NCBI GenBank assembly: GCA_964234715.1
Contig: OZ174284.1
Reading direction: 5' to 3' (one strand)
Source of the DNA: Podarcis melisellensis
Taxonomy: Eukaryota
DNA: 64,000 nt
In this document: in pieces, positions 13,591 through 25,416 of the stretch
Numbering within the stretch: the first letter of the stretch is position 1
How the letters are laid out: every line of letters starts with the position of its first letter
The notes under the pieces: generated by a model
Told to the model about the DNA's origin: nothing
The model's input: the letters and a program-made list of their open reading frames with translations, nothing else
The model's database searches: none
Position numbers and translations under genes: made by a program

Positions 13591-14403
13591 GGTACTGTTT
13601 TTAGTTTGGATTCTGAAGAAGAGGAGTACCACGGAATAATTGCCGAAGATAGCAATGACATCTACATCCTAACTAGTGACAACTCAGGCCAGGTGAGCCC
13701 TCCTGAGTCACCTACAGTGACAACATCTTGGCAGTCGGAGAGCTTGCCAGTTTCTTTGTCAGCTAGTCAGAGTTGGCATACTGAGAGCTTACCTGTCTCG
13801 TTGGGGCCTGAGTCTTGGCAGCAAGTGGCTATGGATCCTGAAGAAGTGAAGAGTTTGGACAGCAATGGAGGTGGGGAAGAAAGGAGTGAAAATAACTCTT
13901 CAAACTCTGATATTGTTCATGTTGAAAAGGAGGAGATACCAGAGGGGGTTGAGGAAACAGTGGTGTCAGAAGTGGTCCTGCAGGCTGACCCTGCAAGGTC
14001 TGCTTCCCCAGAACCTCCAACTGCATTGCTGGAACCAGAAGCTGAAATTGTGTCTCTTAAAAAGCCAGGCCCCTCTGCACCTTCACATAAGGAACACCAG
14101 AAAGAGGGGAAAGAGGTGCTGCTGCCAGAACCTGAAGCTCCAGCCTTGAGTAAACCTGTGCAGGAATTAATTCAGTCAGAAGAAAAAGCTACCCCCAAAC
14201 CTGAAAGAATACTGCCTCCAGAAGAAGAAATAAAGACCAGAAAAGGAAGCTATTCTGAAGAAAAGGAAGAGAAGACTCCTGCTGGAGAGGAGAAACCCAT
14301 CCTCTTACCAGAAGGCAAATCAATTCTACTTTATGGTGGGGCAGCTGCAGTGGCCATTCTAGCTGTGGCAGTAGGTGTAGCACTAGCATTGAGGAAGAAG
14401 TAG
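13591..14403 (+). CDS. BCL2L13: BCL2L13 terminal coding exon (BHNo region, LIR, C-terminal TM anchor)
   Basis: tttcttctAG|GGTACT; GTVFSLDSEEEEY..., duplicated SWxxESLPVSL motif, WQQV LIR, TM ILLYGGAAAVAILAVAVGVALALRKK, TAG 14401-14403. Confidence 0.97.
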   Translation, partial: GTVFSLDSEEEEYHGIIAEDSNDIYILTSDNSGQVSPPESPTVTTSWQSESLPVSLSASQSWHTESLPVSLGPESWQQVAMDPEEVKSLDSNGGGEERSENNSSNSDIVHVEKEEIPEGVEETVVSEVVLQADPARSASPEPPTALLEPEAEIVSLKKPGPSAPSHKEHQKEGKEVLLPEPEAPALSKPVQELIQSEEKATPKPERILPPEEEIKTRKGSYSEEKEEKTPAGEEKPILLPEGKSILLYGGAAAVAILAVAVGVALALRKK

Positions 14404-16285
14404 TGAATGCCTCTCCTCAAGGAGGTAGCGCCTGAATCTACACTTGGTTGCATTGGCTGAGGGTTGTGGTGCCTGCTGTTAATGGGAAATTCATGTAGCA
14501 AAAGGGTGATGGGGCAAGGGTACACTATAAAGCTAAGCCTGGGGACAATCATGTTTTTAGTGGACTGGTATTGGATCTTCCTGTTTAACATATAGGGGTG
14601 TCATTTTGAAAACCCCTGCACATTTAATATGTATGTATAACACAGAAATGGGGATGCTTATACACTGGAAACCGGCACAGAACATTCCAGGGGAAAAGGA
14701 AAGTTTGTTGTTATCCCTGGAGATTTCCCTTCCATAAGCTGCTCTTGCAGCTTCTTGGTTCCCCTTTAACCTCTTGAATGAGAGGCTCAGTGTAGCATGA
14801 GGTTGGTAGCTCTTTTGTCTTGGCTTCCTCAGGTATTGCACAGCTCCTCTTGACCTCCCAAATCTCTTTTCAACCCCAGTGGGTTAGTGCTTCTTCAATA
14901 CAGTGGTACCTTGGGTTAAGAACTTCTTTCTGTCTGGAGGTCCATTCTTAACCTGAAACTGTTCTTAACCTGAGGTACCACTTTAGCTAATGGGGCCTCC
15001 CGCTGCCGCCGTGCCGCTGCGCGATTTCTGTTCTCATCCTGAAGCAAAGTTCTTAACCTGAGGTACTATTTCTGGGTTATCGGAGTCTGTAACCTGAAGC
15101 GTCTGTAACCCGAGTTACCACTGTACCTCTTTGCTTTATACCTTTTCTACCCCCTCCTATATATTTAATGAAATTCTTAAAGCTCTTTAATGTTGGGTGG
15201 GTAAAGCAATAGTCTCCCATGCAGGGATGAAATTATAAGAGTTTGGTGGGAAGACATATTCTTTGATCCCTCATGTGTATCTGATCTCTGCTACTTTTGT
15301 GTTTTCCCTCTCCCTTTGCCCTTTTAATGCATCCTGTTTTTTATATCTGTTTAGTTATCAAAGAGACCCTTTTATCATTCTGATGAATAAAAAGGAGAAA
15401 TGTTCAGCAGTTGTAAGCTGAACTGGCACTACTTGCAAAGTCAAAATATAAGCACCTGCTTTGGACATCTTTTCCCTCTTGTGTTTGTACAAATTCAAGA
15501 GTGAAAGATGCTTAGCCTTAAATTGACCTTGACCACTGATAAAAAGCCAAGCACAAGGTCTTCAAAGAAATGAAGTCACGTAGTTCAACCGAAGCAGCAT
15601 TGTGCTGTCCCTCCCAGTTGTTTGCCTGGTTTTGGCTGTAGAGTGAATGGTGACCTGAAAACCAGTAAGTCATGTAAACTTGCCAGATAATAGCTACCTG
15701 TGGAAAGTTTATTTTTAATCCAGCCAGGTATGATTTCTACCCAAGAGGAATGAAATAAGATATGTCTTATCAGTGTTTGGTGCTCTGTGTGTGATGGAAA
15801 CAAAATTTAAATATTACTCTGTTGGTGTTTGCTGGCTCTATGGAGTGGAAGCTCTCATGTCCTTCAAGCGATTGCTGCAGCTTGTTTGGGCTGCTGAGAT
15901 GTGTATAAATCAAAAGTTAAAAAAAGACCTTTTTCAAACTTTTTAAAATATCCAAGCTCCACCATAGTACGACATATTCAAACTTTCCCCCTCGTTATTC
16001 TGCTAACCAAAGGATGCCGAATGAACCCCTCCCCCCCTCTCCTGGTGTACTAATTGGATATGATTACCTGTCTGGCAATCAGGTACCTCTTTACTATAGT
16101 GCTATTTAGGAATGTGAAAGTGTTGAGTAGTGGTTTTCTCTAGTTCCTTGCCATAGCTGCCTTTTCCAGTTACCCTCTGCAGAACAGATGATCAGGAAAT
16201 TCCTAAGATTCCCTTCAACCACATTTGTAGGCTGAACTTCTCCATTCATGTATTGTAAATAAAAGAATCATCATCTCAAATTAAC
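14404..16285 (+). other. BCL2L13: BCL2L13 3'UTR (probable extent), candidate poly(A) signals at 15386-15391 and 16258-16263
   Basis: AATAAA hexamers downstream of the stop; the distal one overlaps TGTAAATA; exact end inferred. Confidence 0.6.
14901..15123. mobile_element. Tc1/mariner-type MITE in the BCL2L13 3'UTR
   Basis: Imperfect TIRs CAGTGGTACCTTGGGTT / AACCCGAGTTACCACTG, TA on both flanks; same family as 36240-36462. Confidence 0.88.
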
Positions 16286-16600
16286 ACATGTATACTCATC
16301 ATGTGGCAGTGGTGATTTTCTTCTTCTCCAGTGCTTGTGTTAACACGTTACATTTTGGAGGCAATGTCTTGGCAACATGTGGCCTATTCATTATGACCTG
16401 TGTTGAATTTTTTTGTTGCAAAAATTCTGAAAGGCTAAATTGCTTCTTAACAAACAAAAAAACAATTTCAATTCATTTTAGGGGTGTGATAGTAAATAGA
16501 ATATGCTCTTTTGCCACAGGAAGCATCCTATAGCCATTCCTAGAATTCATAGACAGACTATGTAGCAAATTGCTACAGGTCTCAGTGTATGTGATGCAAG

Positions 16601-16932
16601 TAAAAGTAAAAGTAAAGGTACCTCTGACCGTTAGGTCCAGTCGTAGACGACTGTGGGGTTGCGGCGCTCATCTCGCTCTGTAGGCCAAGGGAGCCGGCAT
16701 TTGTCTGCAGACAGCTTCTGGGTCATGAGGCCAGCATGACTAAGCCGCTTCTGGCAAACCAGAGCAGCGCACGGAAACACCGTTTACCTTCCCGCCGGAG
16801 TGGTACCTATTTACTTGCACTTTGACATTGACTTTACTTGCTAGGCAGGCAGGAACTAGGACCGAACAACGGGCGCTCATCCCATTGTGGGGATTCGAAC
16901 CACCAACCTTCTAATCGGCAAGCCCTAGGCTC
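16601..16932 (-). mobile_element. Sauria SINE (slightly 5'-truncated)
   Basis: GTTCGAATCC B-box, GGAAGGTAAACGG core, (TTTAC)n-type tail; homologous to the copy at 39.4 kb. Confidence 0.9.
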
Positions 16933-19900
16933 TTAATTAGATGCAATTTAAAGGGAAAGTAAGGTGAAAGACTCTTAAGAGTCTTTGAGCTTTAGCCTAG
17001 TTTCATTTTTAATCCATTCACCTTTCGAAATCTCAAATTTATTATTACTTATTTCATGTTGTTGTAATTGCTATTTACTCCTGAAACTTTACTGGGCAGG
17101 CCCTTATTCAGTGTAGTTTTGATTTACATTTCATGAGTGATAGTTGCCACTATGACAGTCTGCATTCCTGTTTACCATAAAACTGTCTTCCATCTTACTA
17201 TAATGGTCACTTGATTGTTTGGAGCATCCAGGATGTCTAATGGCAAAAGTAATTGCAGTCAGCTGTAGTTTTAGCACAGTAGCCAAGTTGATGAGGGTTT
17301 GGCTCTAATGATTGTGAAGTTGGGAGGAAGTATCCTTACACACGTTGTGGTAGAAAGCCTTGGTTTACTATCGGTTGGCTGTTTGAGAGGAAGCCACTGC
17401 CAGTCTCGCCTCCCTGGTGAGTATGCATGTATAATACATAGTTTGTGCACACAAGGGGTTATCTTCCCACATTACATGCACACCTACAAATGTTGTATGT
17501 GAAGTGTCCTCTAACCATATGGGAATTTTTGCTTTTTGATTCAGCAGGATGGGAACTTTGCCATGGCGGTTGGGAGTTGCTGGTTAGGTAATTTCCAATG
17601 CTTTTTTCTAGTGCTGTCTTTGTTACCCATTTTCCAGAATAAAGTGCCTCAGTGTATTCCAGTGGGCTTTAACAGTTTTCCTTTTTTATATTTGCCTGCT
17701 TTCTATTTTGTAGCCCTATTGTCCAATAGTGAGTATTCTTGAGCTATAGCTCCAAAAGCCTTTGGGGGAAAACCTCCCATGCTGGAGGAAGGTAAAATAA
17801 ATCATAGCTGCTATGTCATTAGATATTAGCATTGTTGCTCAATAGTACCATTTTTGGTTCTCAGTATTTAGAGATGCACTAGTATTAGACCAATTCAACC
17901 GATAATAGATGGGAATGGTCTATAGCTCTCAATAAATTTGATGGTTTGAAATGGATGTTGTTTCATCTGCGTGAATAATTGCAAAACTCTTCTTTCTCCA
18001 CTACATACCCTCTTAAATATGAGTTCTGCATGCTTTGAAATAAGCCCCTCCCTTATCTGCTAGGGCTATTGCCAATACAAATTCTCATTTTTCTAGTAGG
18101 CACTACAAATTAATTAGGATAAACCGGTACTGTTTTTCTTTTTCCAATACTAAGGTCATGTGTTTGGCCCGGGGGTGGGCAAGAGAGACAATGGGCAACT
18201 GTAGATTGGTATTCTTCACCTGTTAATTTCACTAGTTTCAAAATGCTAAAAAGAACGTTAGATGAAAGATTAAAGGGTGTAGAACTGTGAACTGCCACTT
18301 TCAACCATTGACCAGTAATAATCTGTTCTATTTTCTGTAGATTTCTGAAATAAGTGTGTGTGGGGGTAGTCTTTTCCTGAAGATATTAGGGCTTCAAGAT
18401 GAAATAGGACTTGGTAAAGGTGTCTCATACGATAATTTCTCTTATTCTGTGATATATAGTCATACATTTATTTAGTTGGTTCAGATGAATGTCTGTTTTT
18501 AGCAGTGAGATGGATGCTTTGAAGCAGTGTTATTTCACAGCTTTTCTTGAAGCATCACTAGAGAAGGGCTAGTTTGTTTATAAATTAAAAACTAACATTC
18601 TATACTCTGGCAACAGTACTTCTCAGGGTTAATGTTCATATAGCACAGGCAACAGGCTGGAGTCTATATGGTTTTTGGAGCTGCAAACAATAAACTATTT
18701 AGGAGAAATCATGAACATATGTGTTATTGTGTTAGCAGTAACAGGCATATAGGTGGACTTTTAGAACTGTATTGCATGTGAAAGTGTGTCACCTAGAGGT
18801 ACCCATTTATATACTGTACTATTTATGAGCAGGGTGGTCTACAATTCTGCATTGGAACACCTAAAGTTATTAGACTGTACCATACAAACCAAGCCACAAA
18901 TGCACATTCAGACAACAGTGTGGCAGGTGACTGCCATTGAAAACCTCTTTCCACGGCTAGAAAGCTGAGTTTGATTGCATTGTTATTCCTTAAGTGATGC
19001 CCTCTAACTACTGATTATGAGGACTTAAAGCAAATTTTGTCTAGGAACTGTCCTAGCAGTATAAACTGTTACAAACCAATGCAGACTTTCAGACATTGCT
19101 CATTAAGTAGAACCTATTTTACCCCTGATAATGCTTTAAGTTATGTTGGAAGAGATTGAAACTTGGTTGCACTCTAAAAGATTATGGATTTTGATTGTGA
19201 GAGCAAAAGAGATGAGATAAACGAAAGACTATGTAACAAACCACAATTTATAAAACCGTAAAAGCAACTCATCAGCATATGGGTTAAAAGCCTATTTCAA
19301 TCCTGTTCATACAAAAGCATAGAGGGTTTGAGTTATGACTAGAGGTATTAGAAAAAAAATTGTTTGCTTCTAGTGAATTCCTAAAACAATTGGTTGATTT
19401 TCAATAATAAGCAAATTTGCATTCTGAAAGACTGATGTGACATGCAAATCAGTTAAGTGTTCAAGGAACTGTATTTTTCTAATTCCTTATGCAAGTACAG
19501 CATTTTCAAAATTACTGTCTGAAGCCTTTTGTGCCATTTGATGAATTAAAAAAACTTGCTATTTCCAGTGTTAAAAAGGAGTTACCAGCTCCCCCATCTA
19601 CTGTTTATAAATTGAAGGGGTATGTTTATTTTTTCTCTGCTGATGGCGCTTTGTTGTAAGACCCATGCCCCTAGCCCTCAGTTGCACTTTAATAAAGTCA
19701 GTTTTGAAGAAAAGATGTGTGGTATTTCCTTCTGTTTAGTACAGGTGTGGGAAAGCTGGTGGGCCTGAGGCTTGAATATGGCCATGCACAGCTCCCCATC
19801 TGACACACACAGCACTTTTCGGGCTCTAACCCCCACCCCATGCATGCCCACTACTGCTTTTGCCAGTCTGGAAAGTGTCACATGATGCTTTTTGCTTGTC

Positions 19901-22455
19901 TGGAGAGAGGAGTGGTGGTATAAAACTTTTTGATTTTTCTGTGGTACGGTAGCTGTGTTCGAGCCACAGGAGTTGCACCTGTTATTCCACCCACTTTTCC
20001 TCTAACACCAATATTAACACACTGGCTGCTGGTAATGTCTTCCCTTTAAATTCTGAAACAAGAACTGCAGCTAGAAAGAAAAGGGATTAGGAATACAGGA
20101 TCAATTTTTTAGATCTTAACCTTTCATCTCAGTATTTTATCAAAACCACATTCCCTAGCACTCAAGTTTTGACAAAGGGTCAGCATAAAATTCCAGCTCT
20201 CAAAATATTCTTCCTGTGCTGCCATAAAGAGCTGAAGTGAAAGAAATAAAAAAGCAATTTTAGCTCCATAGGCTAACCTTTCCTTTCCTTAATAAAAGAG
20301 CCATGTTTTACTGTTGGACTTCTTGGAACTCCTCATGTGGAATACACATTTCCAAAATTCCAAATTAGTCCATAGTTGAACTACATTTTACTTTTTTCCA
20401 AGTCAAGTAAATTTGGCTAAAATTGAGAACTACTAAGGCAGTACTCCCACATACACCCTGTGTACACTTTCTCAACCCTTAATGCTGAATCAAAATTTTA
20501 TTCAGGATTATAGGGTGTGGTCCAATAGGGTGGGGGGGACACCTTTTCAAATTTAGCTGGTGGTGTAAGGAGAAGGCCAGCAATCCACACACATAAACAC
20601 AACCCCCCCTTGCAACTATGTCAGATTTATAAAGCGATACCAACAGCTGGCAAGTTTACAAAGAAAGAGCCCAGGGCTACCTAATCTATTATGAGCTGGA
20701 AATTCCCAAGTGCAAATAAAACACTTGCATGACAGAGCAGAACCCACCAATCAAGCAACCTTAAGGGATTTTTATTGGACATCACAAGGCAGCTTCATTT
20801 AAAGCAAGAGTGGGTGGCCTGTGGCCACAGCATTCCTATTCATTTAGGCTGGTTGAGTGGTCCAGAAACACATGCTACCAGGGCAACAGGTTAACCACCT
20901 CTGCTGTAAAATTTGCTGCCTAATGTAAAAAGAAAACAGGAACAATTTTCATTTTTGAAATTTTACAAACAGCAACACAAATACATATATCAACTACTTG
21001 AATTAACAATGATCTGCTAAAAACTGGACAACAACTGGCTCTTTAGAGCCAGTTTCCAAGACAACTGGAAAAATGAAGCTGCTCCAAGGCTAGGTACCAT
21101 GGGGCAATAGCAGCATACATAGCCAGAACTGTTCCCCCAAGCTAAGGTTTTTTTCACATTAGTGCAATTCCTTTCACTGATGCCCAAGAGTGATGTCCTT
21201 AGATGGGTTGGAGCACCTGCTATTGCTCATTAAGGCTTTGTAGTTTTATAAGTGATCCCAAACACTCCAATCCAGTTGGCAACTGGCAGAACAGAACATC
21301 TACCCTTTGCTCCAAGCTTGTCATTTGCAAGGAATGACGGACTGCTCCCGCCATGACCCCAAGAATAATAGCCACTTGCCTCCTGAGATGTAGAGCAGGA
21401 CCAAGTATTTCAAGTAGAAAAAAAATGTCATTCATAATTCATACTTTAAAGCAAGGTAAGCAGCACAATGGAACTAATTACTATTGGTAAAAATTGCAAG
21501 CAAAGCTTAAAACAGTTCCTTATAACTGTTTCCTGGTTTTTTTTAAAAAAAGATTTTTTAAAGGTAGACATGTTGTGTTCCCTTCATTCACCTCTAGAAG
21601 AGAAAGAAAAGAGGGAGTTATGTTCAGTCCACTACAGTTATATTCAATGGTCCACATATTTAGGTATTTCCCAAAAAAGTGAACGCCAAAAGGCTTTTTC
21701 TTTCATACACGCCCTGCATGTATGAATAATAATAATAATAATTTATTCTTTATACCCCGCCCATCTGGCTGGGTTTCCCCAGCCCATCCTTTAGGGTCCA
21801 ACTGAAGGCAGGTTCACATGTCAGAATACATATTGCCAACATGGCATCTCTGGACACACATGTGCCTGCAGCAGCCTTCCCTAACTCCTCCCTGCTGCAA
21901 CTGAAATCTTGGAGTTGATGAAACAAGCTTCAGGGGTCTCTCTGTGTGTTGCTAACAATGTTTTCTCTGGTTTGCAAGCCCCCAAAATTTTGTGATCTTG
22001 GAAAGGCTAACACACCAAACAGAGTCAAAAATGCTCAATTTCCTCACCCTAACAGAGGAAACGTATGGAACTTCAGGCCCTTGGGATTTCCCCCAGTCCA
22101 TTTCCCCTGTGGGCCCCCCTGTGCACCCTCAAGTCCTCTTGTCTGGCTGGAATGTGTCACTTGAACTGCAGTGACTGCCTCTTGCATGTGAGGATGCAAG
22201 ATGGGGAGGCTGTATAGAAGTCATGCCCCATTGTTTTGTCTCTGGCCACAAGCAGCAGCACTTGCACATGGGCCCCAGTTGTGCATCCTATTCACACATG
22301 ATGTAAAATCAGGGACCCAACAAACCCCTTTCCTACAACATTTCACACGGCCTGAATAACCACTCCTTTCCCCCCTAGCTTCCAAAGTAGGGCTGAATTA
22401 TTCACTGGGCATGGAGATAATTAAATAGCAACATCTGGATTTTATTTTATATCAC

Positions 22456-22668
22456 CTCAGGTTCCAAGTTGTTCACATAATCACGGAGGTTCTGGTTGAT
22501 GTAGTTCACGGTTGTGCTGAACACTTGTTGTAGAAGAGATGGCACAGTGTTTGCTACTTTTTTGGCTAAAACCATAGCTACCACTAGCATGGCTCTCTCT
22601 TGCTCCATTTCCAAAGGCATCCTTCGCACAACTTCCTTCACTACTTGAGACAGGTGATTGGTTATTGC
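22456..22668 (-). CDS. BID: BID coding exon (213 nt, C-terminal helices)
   Basis: Minus strand ttttttttAG|GCAATA...CCTGAG|GTgata; AITNHLSQVVKEVVRRMPLEMEQERAMLVVAMVLAKKVANTVPSLLQQVFSTTVNYINQNLRDYVNNLEPE, clear BID homology (LAKKVA, TTVNYINQNL). Confidence 0.95.
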
Positions 22669-23582
22669 CTAAAAAAAAGAGAGGGGAAAAATGTACCTCT
22701 TTGAAATGCTGCCCTTCTGTTCCTCTCTACTCCAATCCCTCACAAATAAAACCTATTTTCTCTTCCCCCTTGTCCCCACACAATGCAAGGCATTTGGCAG
22801 ATCTTTGTTTTGCTCCTTTGCTGTTTATATTACAATAGTTCCAAACATCAAAGATCAGCGTAACAATCATTAACATCCACCAACGATAGATTAATTTAAA
22901 AAAAAATCCAAATTATACATGGGTTCATTTATGTACGGATTTCAAAATTCAACAATCCAATAATATGTCAATAGCAAAGTAACTCCTCAAAGAAGACAAA
23001 ATACTTTTAGATTATAATTTGCAGGTGTCAACTGTTTATAAGCCTTTACCACTGAAGCTTGAGTGGCATTAAGTTGCATTCTACTTTTTTATAATCATGC
23101 ATTGGCCACCCACTTTAAAATAATGGCAGCCTCCTCCATTTATAGCCATATTTCTGGTGAGTAACCTAATGCAATTTATTGTGGGGGAGATCAAAATGGA
23201 AATACACCTTCTACATAAATGAAAGCAACCAACCCCGCCCCCGGCCAAATGAACCACAACACGGGGCAATTTTGCTTTGCTTGCTCCACACCTCCAACAT
23301 CTGTTGTTAGTAGGCTCTCCTTTGCTTAACGGACAAATAATTCCTCTTAAAACAATTCTCACCAATAGATGAAAAAACAACAGCTGTACCTCTTCCATGT
23401 TTTAAATTTTCTTTAAAACATGCTCCCACCACAACAGAAGTACTGTTACAGATTACAGTCATAGAATCAAGATTCTCCTCCAATGAAAAATGATGTTCTG
23501 TTTGCAAGGTTGTGCCTGCTTCATCACACATATGGGGAGACTGCTTTTATGAGAACACCCTCGACATAAATAATGGAAGTCT

Positions 23583-23732
23583 GGTGACATAGCTCAGTTG
23601 GCAGAGCATGAGACTCCTAATCTCAGGGATGTAGGTTCAAGCTCCATGTTGGATAAAAAGATTCCTGCTTTGCAGGGGGTTGGGCTAAATGACCCTCATG
23701 GTCCCTTCCAACTCTATAATTCTATGATTCTA
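23583..23732 (+). mobile_element. SINE with tRNA-Lys(CTT)-derived head and CR1-type 3' tail
   Basis: TAGCTCAGTTGGCAGAGCATGAGACTCCTAATCTCAGGG..GGTTCAAG matches tRNA-Lys; tail GGTCCCTTCCAAC...ATTCTATGATTCTA is the CR1 terminus. Confidence 0.85.
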
Positions 23733-24243
23733 CCTTCTAGGGGGAGGGACTTTTATCACCCCAAGGGAAGCAGTGGGAGCAAGCCTTGGACTCGCCTGCT
23801 TCGTGGAACACTCTTGTGCCCCAATGCCAGTTTTGCAGCTAAGTTGGCTGCAAGACTACAAGTCTAGCCTGTTGCTGGTGGACAGAAATTTCAGCTATGG
23901 AAATGAAGCTGAATGCCTTGTTGTCCTCTGTCCAAGAAGAAGCCATATCCCTGCGTTCCTGAAGTAGAAATCACTGCCTTTTAGCTCACGAGATTGTAAG
24001 AGAATCCACAGCAAAACATGCCTGAACTCTCTCTCCCAACTCCAATTTTATGTTCCTCAGTCCCAACAGTAAAGCTGAAGTAATTATTATACATCCCATT
24101 GACCAAGTCACCTCTGCAAGAGAAGCATGGACTTTGCAAGGGTTCCCAGAAAAATCACACAGCACTTATTTGGATCCAGGATTTCACTTATCATGGTAGA
24201 TGAAACTCTGAAGTAAGCCTTAGATTTCATTCCTCTCAATCAC

Positions 24244-24392
24244 CTCTTTGGACATGTTCTTCGCCATAAACTGCCGCACAAGATTCTGTATGAGTGATGG
24301 GTCAATCTCGGCAGCCAGCTGATCTCCGATTTCAGCCAGCTGAGCTCCAATAATCCGGAAAATTTCCTCTTCATCTGAATTTGGATATATGA
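24244..24392 (-). CDS. BID: BID coding exon with the BH3 motif
   Basis: tttttcAG|TCATA...AAAGAG|GTgatt; (I)IYPNSDEEEIFRIIGAQLAEIGDQLAAEIDPSLIQNLVRQFMAKNMSKE; BH3 core LAEIGDQL; a second in-frame AG would start the exon at 24374. Confidence 0.92.
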
Positions 24393-24611
24393 CTGAAAAA
24401 AGATTAAACAGAATGGAATTCTCTGCTCACTCTTCCTCTCTGAACTTCCAGGGCCTACTGAAGGCTTTTTTATTCCAGCAGGCATTTTAACTGATGTTTC
24501 GTTTTTTAGTGAAAACTGGTTGTTATTCTTTGTATTGCACCTTTGGGGAAAAAAAAATCACTGAAAGACTACTGTACCTAAGTGGTATATAAATTGTTCA
24601 AATAAATAAGG

Positions 24612-24783
24612 GGCATATCCACACCACATAGGTAAAGCACTACCCAGCACTCATTTAAAGCAGGACTTCCCCTAAAGAATCCTGAGAACTGTAGTTTCCC
24701 ACTCACAGGGCCCTTTACAAACTACAGTTCCCTAGATTCTTTGGGGGAAGTCATGTGTTTTAAAAATGCACTGGATGTGCCCA
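24612..24783. mobile_element. Palindromic non-autonomous DNA element
   Basis: Nested inverted arms GGGCATATCCA / TGGATGTGCCC, GACTTCCCC / GGGGAAGTC, AACTGTAGTT / AACTACAGTT. Confidence 0.65.
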
Positions 24784-24849
24784 AGGTTGAAGTTAGGTTC
24801 CAAACAGACAGCTGAGGAGGACAGCACAGAGGATTTGCTACAAGTGTCC

Positions 24850-25035
24850 ACCGTAGCATGGTGGTTACAGCACTGAATTTATGGCCAGGGTTCAAATCCC
24901 TGCCACAGAGCTTGCTAGGAAACCTTAGGGTAGCCACTGCCTCTCAGCCTAATCTACATCGCAGGGCTACTGAGAGAATTATGTGTGCAAGGGGTACACT
25001 GCTCTGAGCTGCTTGCAGAAAAGAAAGGATAATAA
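24850..25035 (+). mobile_element. Old CORE/MIR-like SINE
   Basis: GGGTTCAAATCC B-box, CTCTCAGCCTAATCTAC core as at 35.7 kb. Confidence 0.6.
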
Positions 25036-25229
25036 TGTATGTTTTTGCATGTGTGCTTTTAAATGGCCATAACTGTCAGCAGAGCTATTTTTAATAGTGT
25101 TATTTATTTAACTGTTCTTAAAATATTGCATATTTGTAGTTCTGTGTGTTTAAATTCATGCTGCACTGAGGGAAAAGCCAGGGTATCAAACAAACAAACA
25201 AACTTGTTTGCTCAAGATAAAATACCTAC

Positions 25230-25416
25230 TGTCCTCAGGTTGCCCAAATCTGTTGCCATCTGTCTGAAGCTCGTCATCATCGTCCTGCTCTGAAACCAAC
25301 TGGTTTTTCAAAGCACAAAGCTCTGAAGCAAAAGCACAGTCGGAAGACTTCTCCAGAAAGGAGTAGAGGAGAATCTTGGTTAGCTGTGCCTCCTGAAAGG
25401 GGCTATTATAATCACC
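25230..25416 (-). CDS. BID: BID coding exon with the caspase-8 site LQTD/G
   Basis: cccattatAG|GGTGAT...; GDYNSPFQEAQLTKILLYSFLEKSSDCAFASELCALKNQLVSEQDDDDELQTDGNRFGQPED; the phase-1 donor ACA|GTAGGT is needed to keep frame. Confidence 0.92.

Noticed and set aside
23583-23655. tRNA-Lys gene
   Set aside because: Acceptor stem broken, anticodon mutated, fused to a CR1 tail: SINE head
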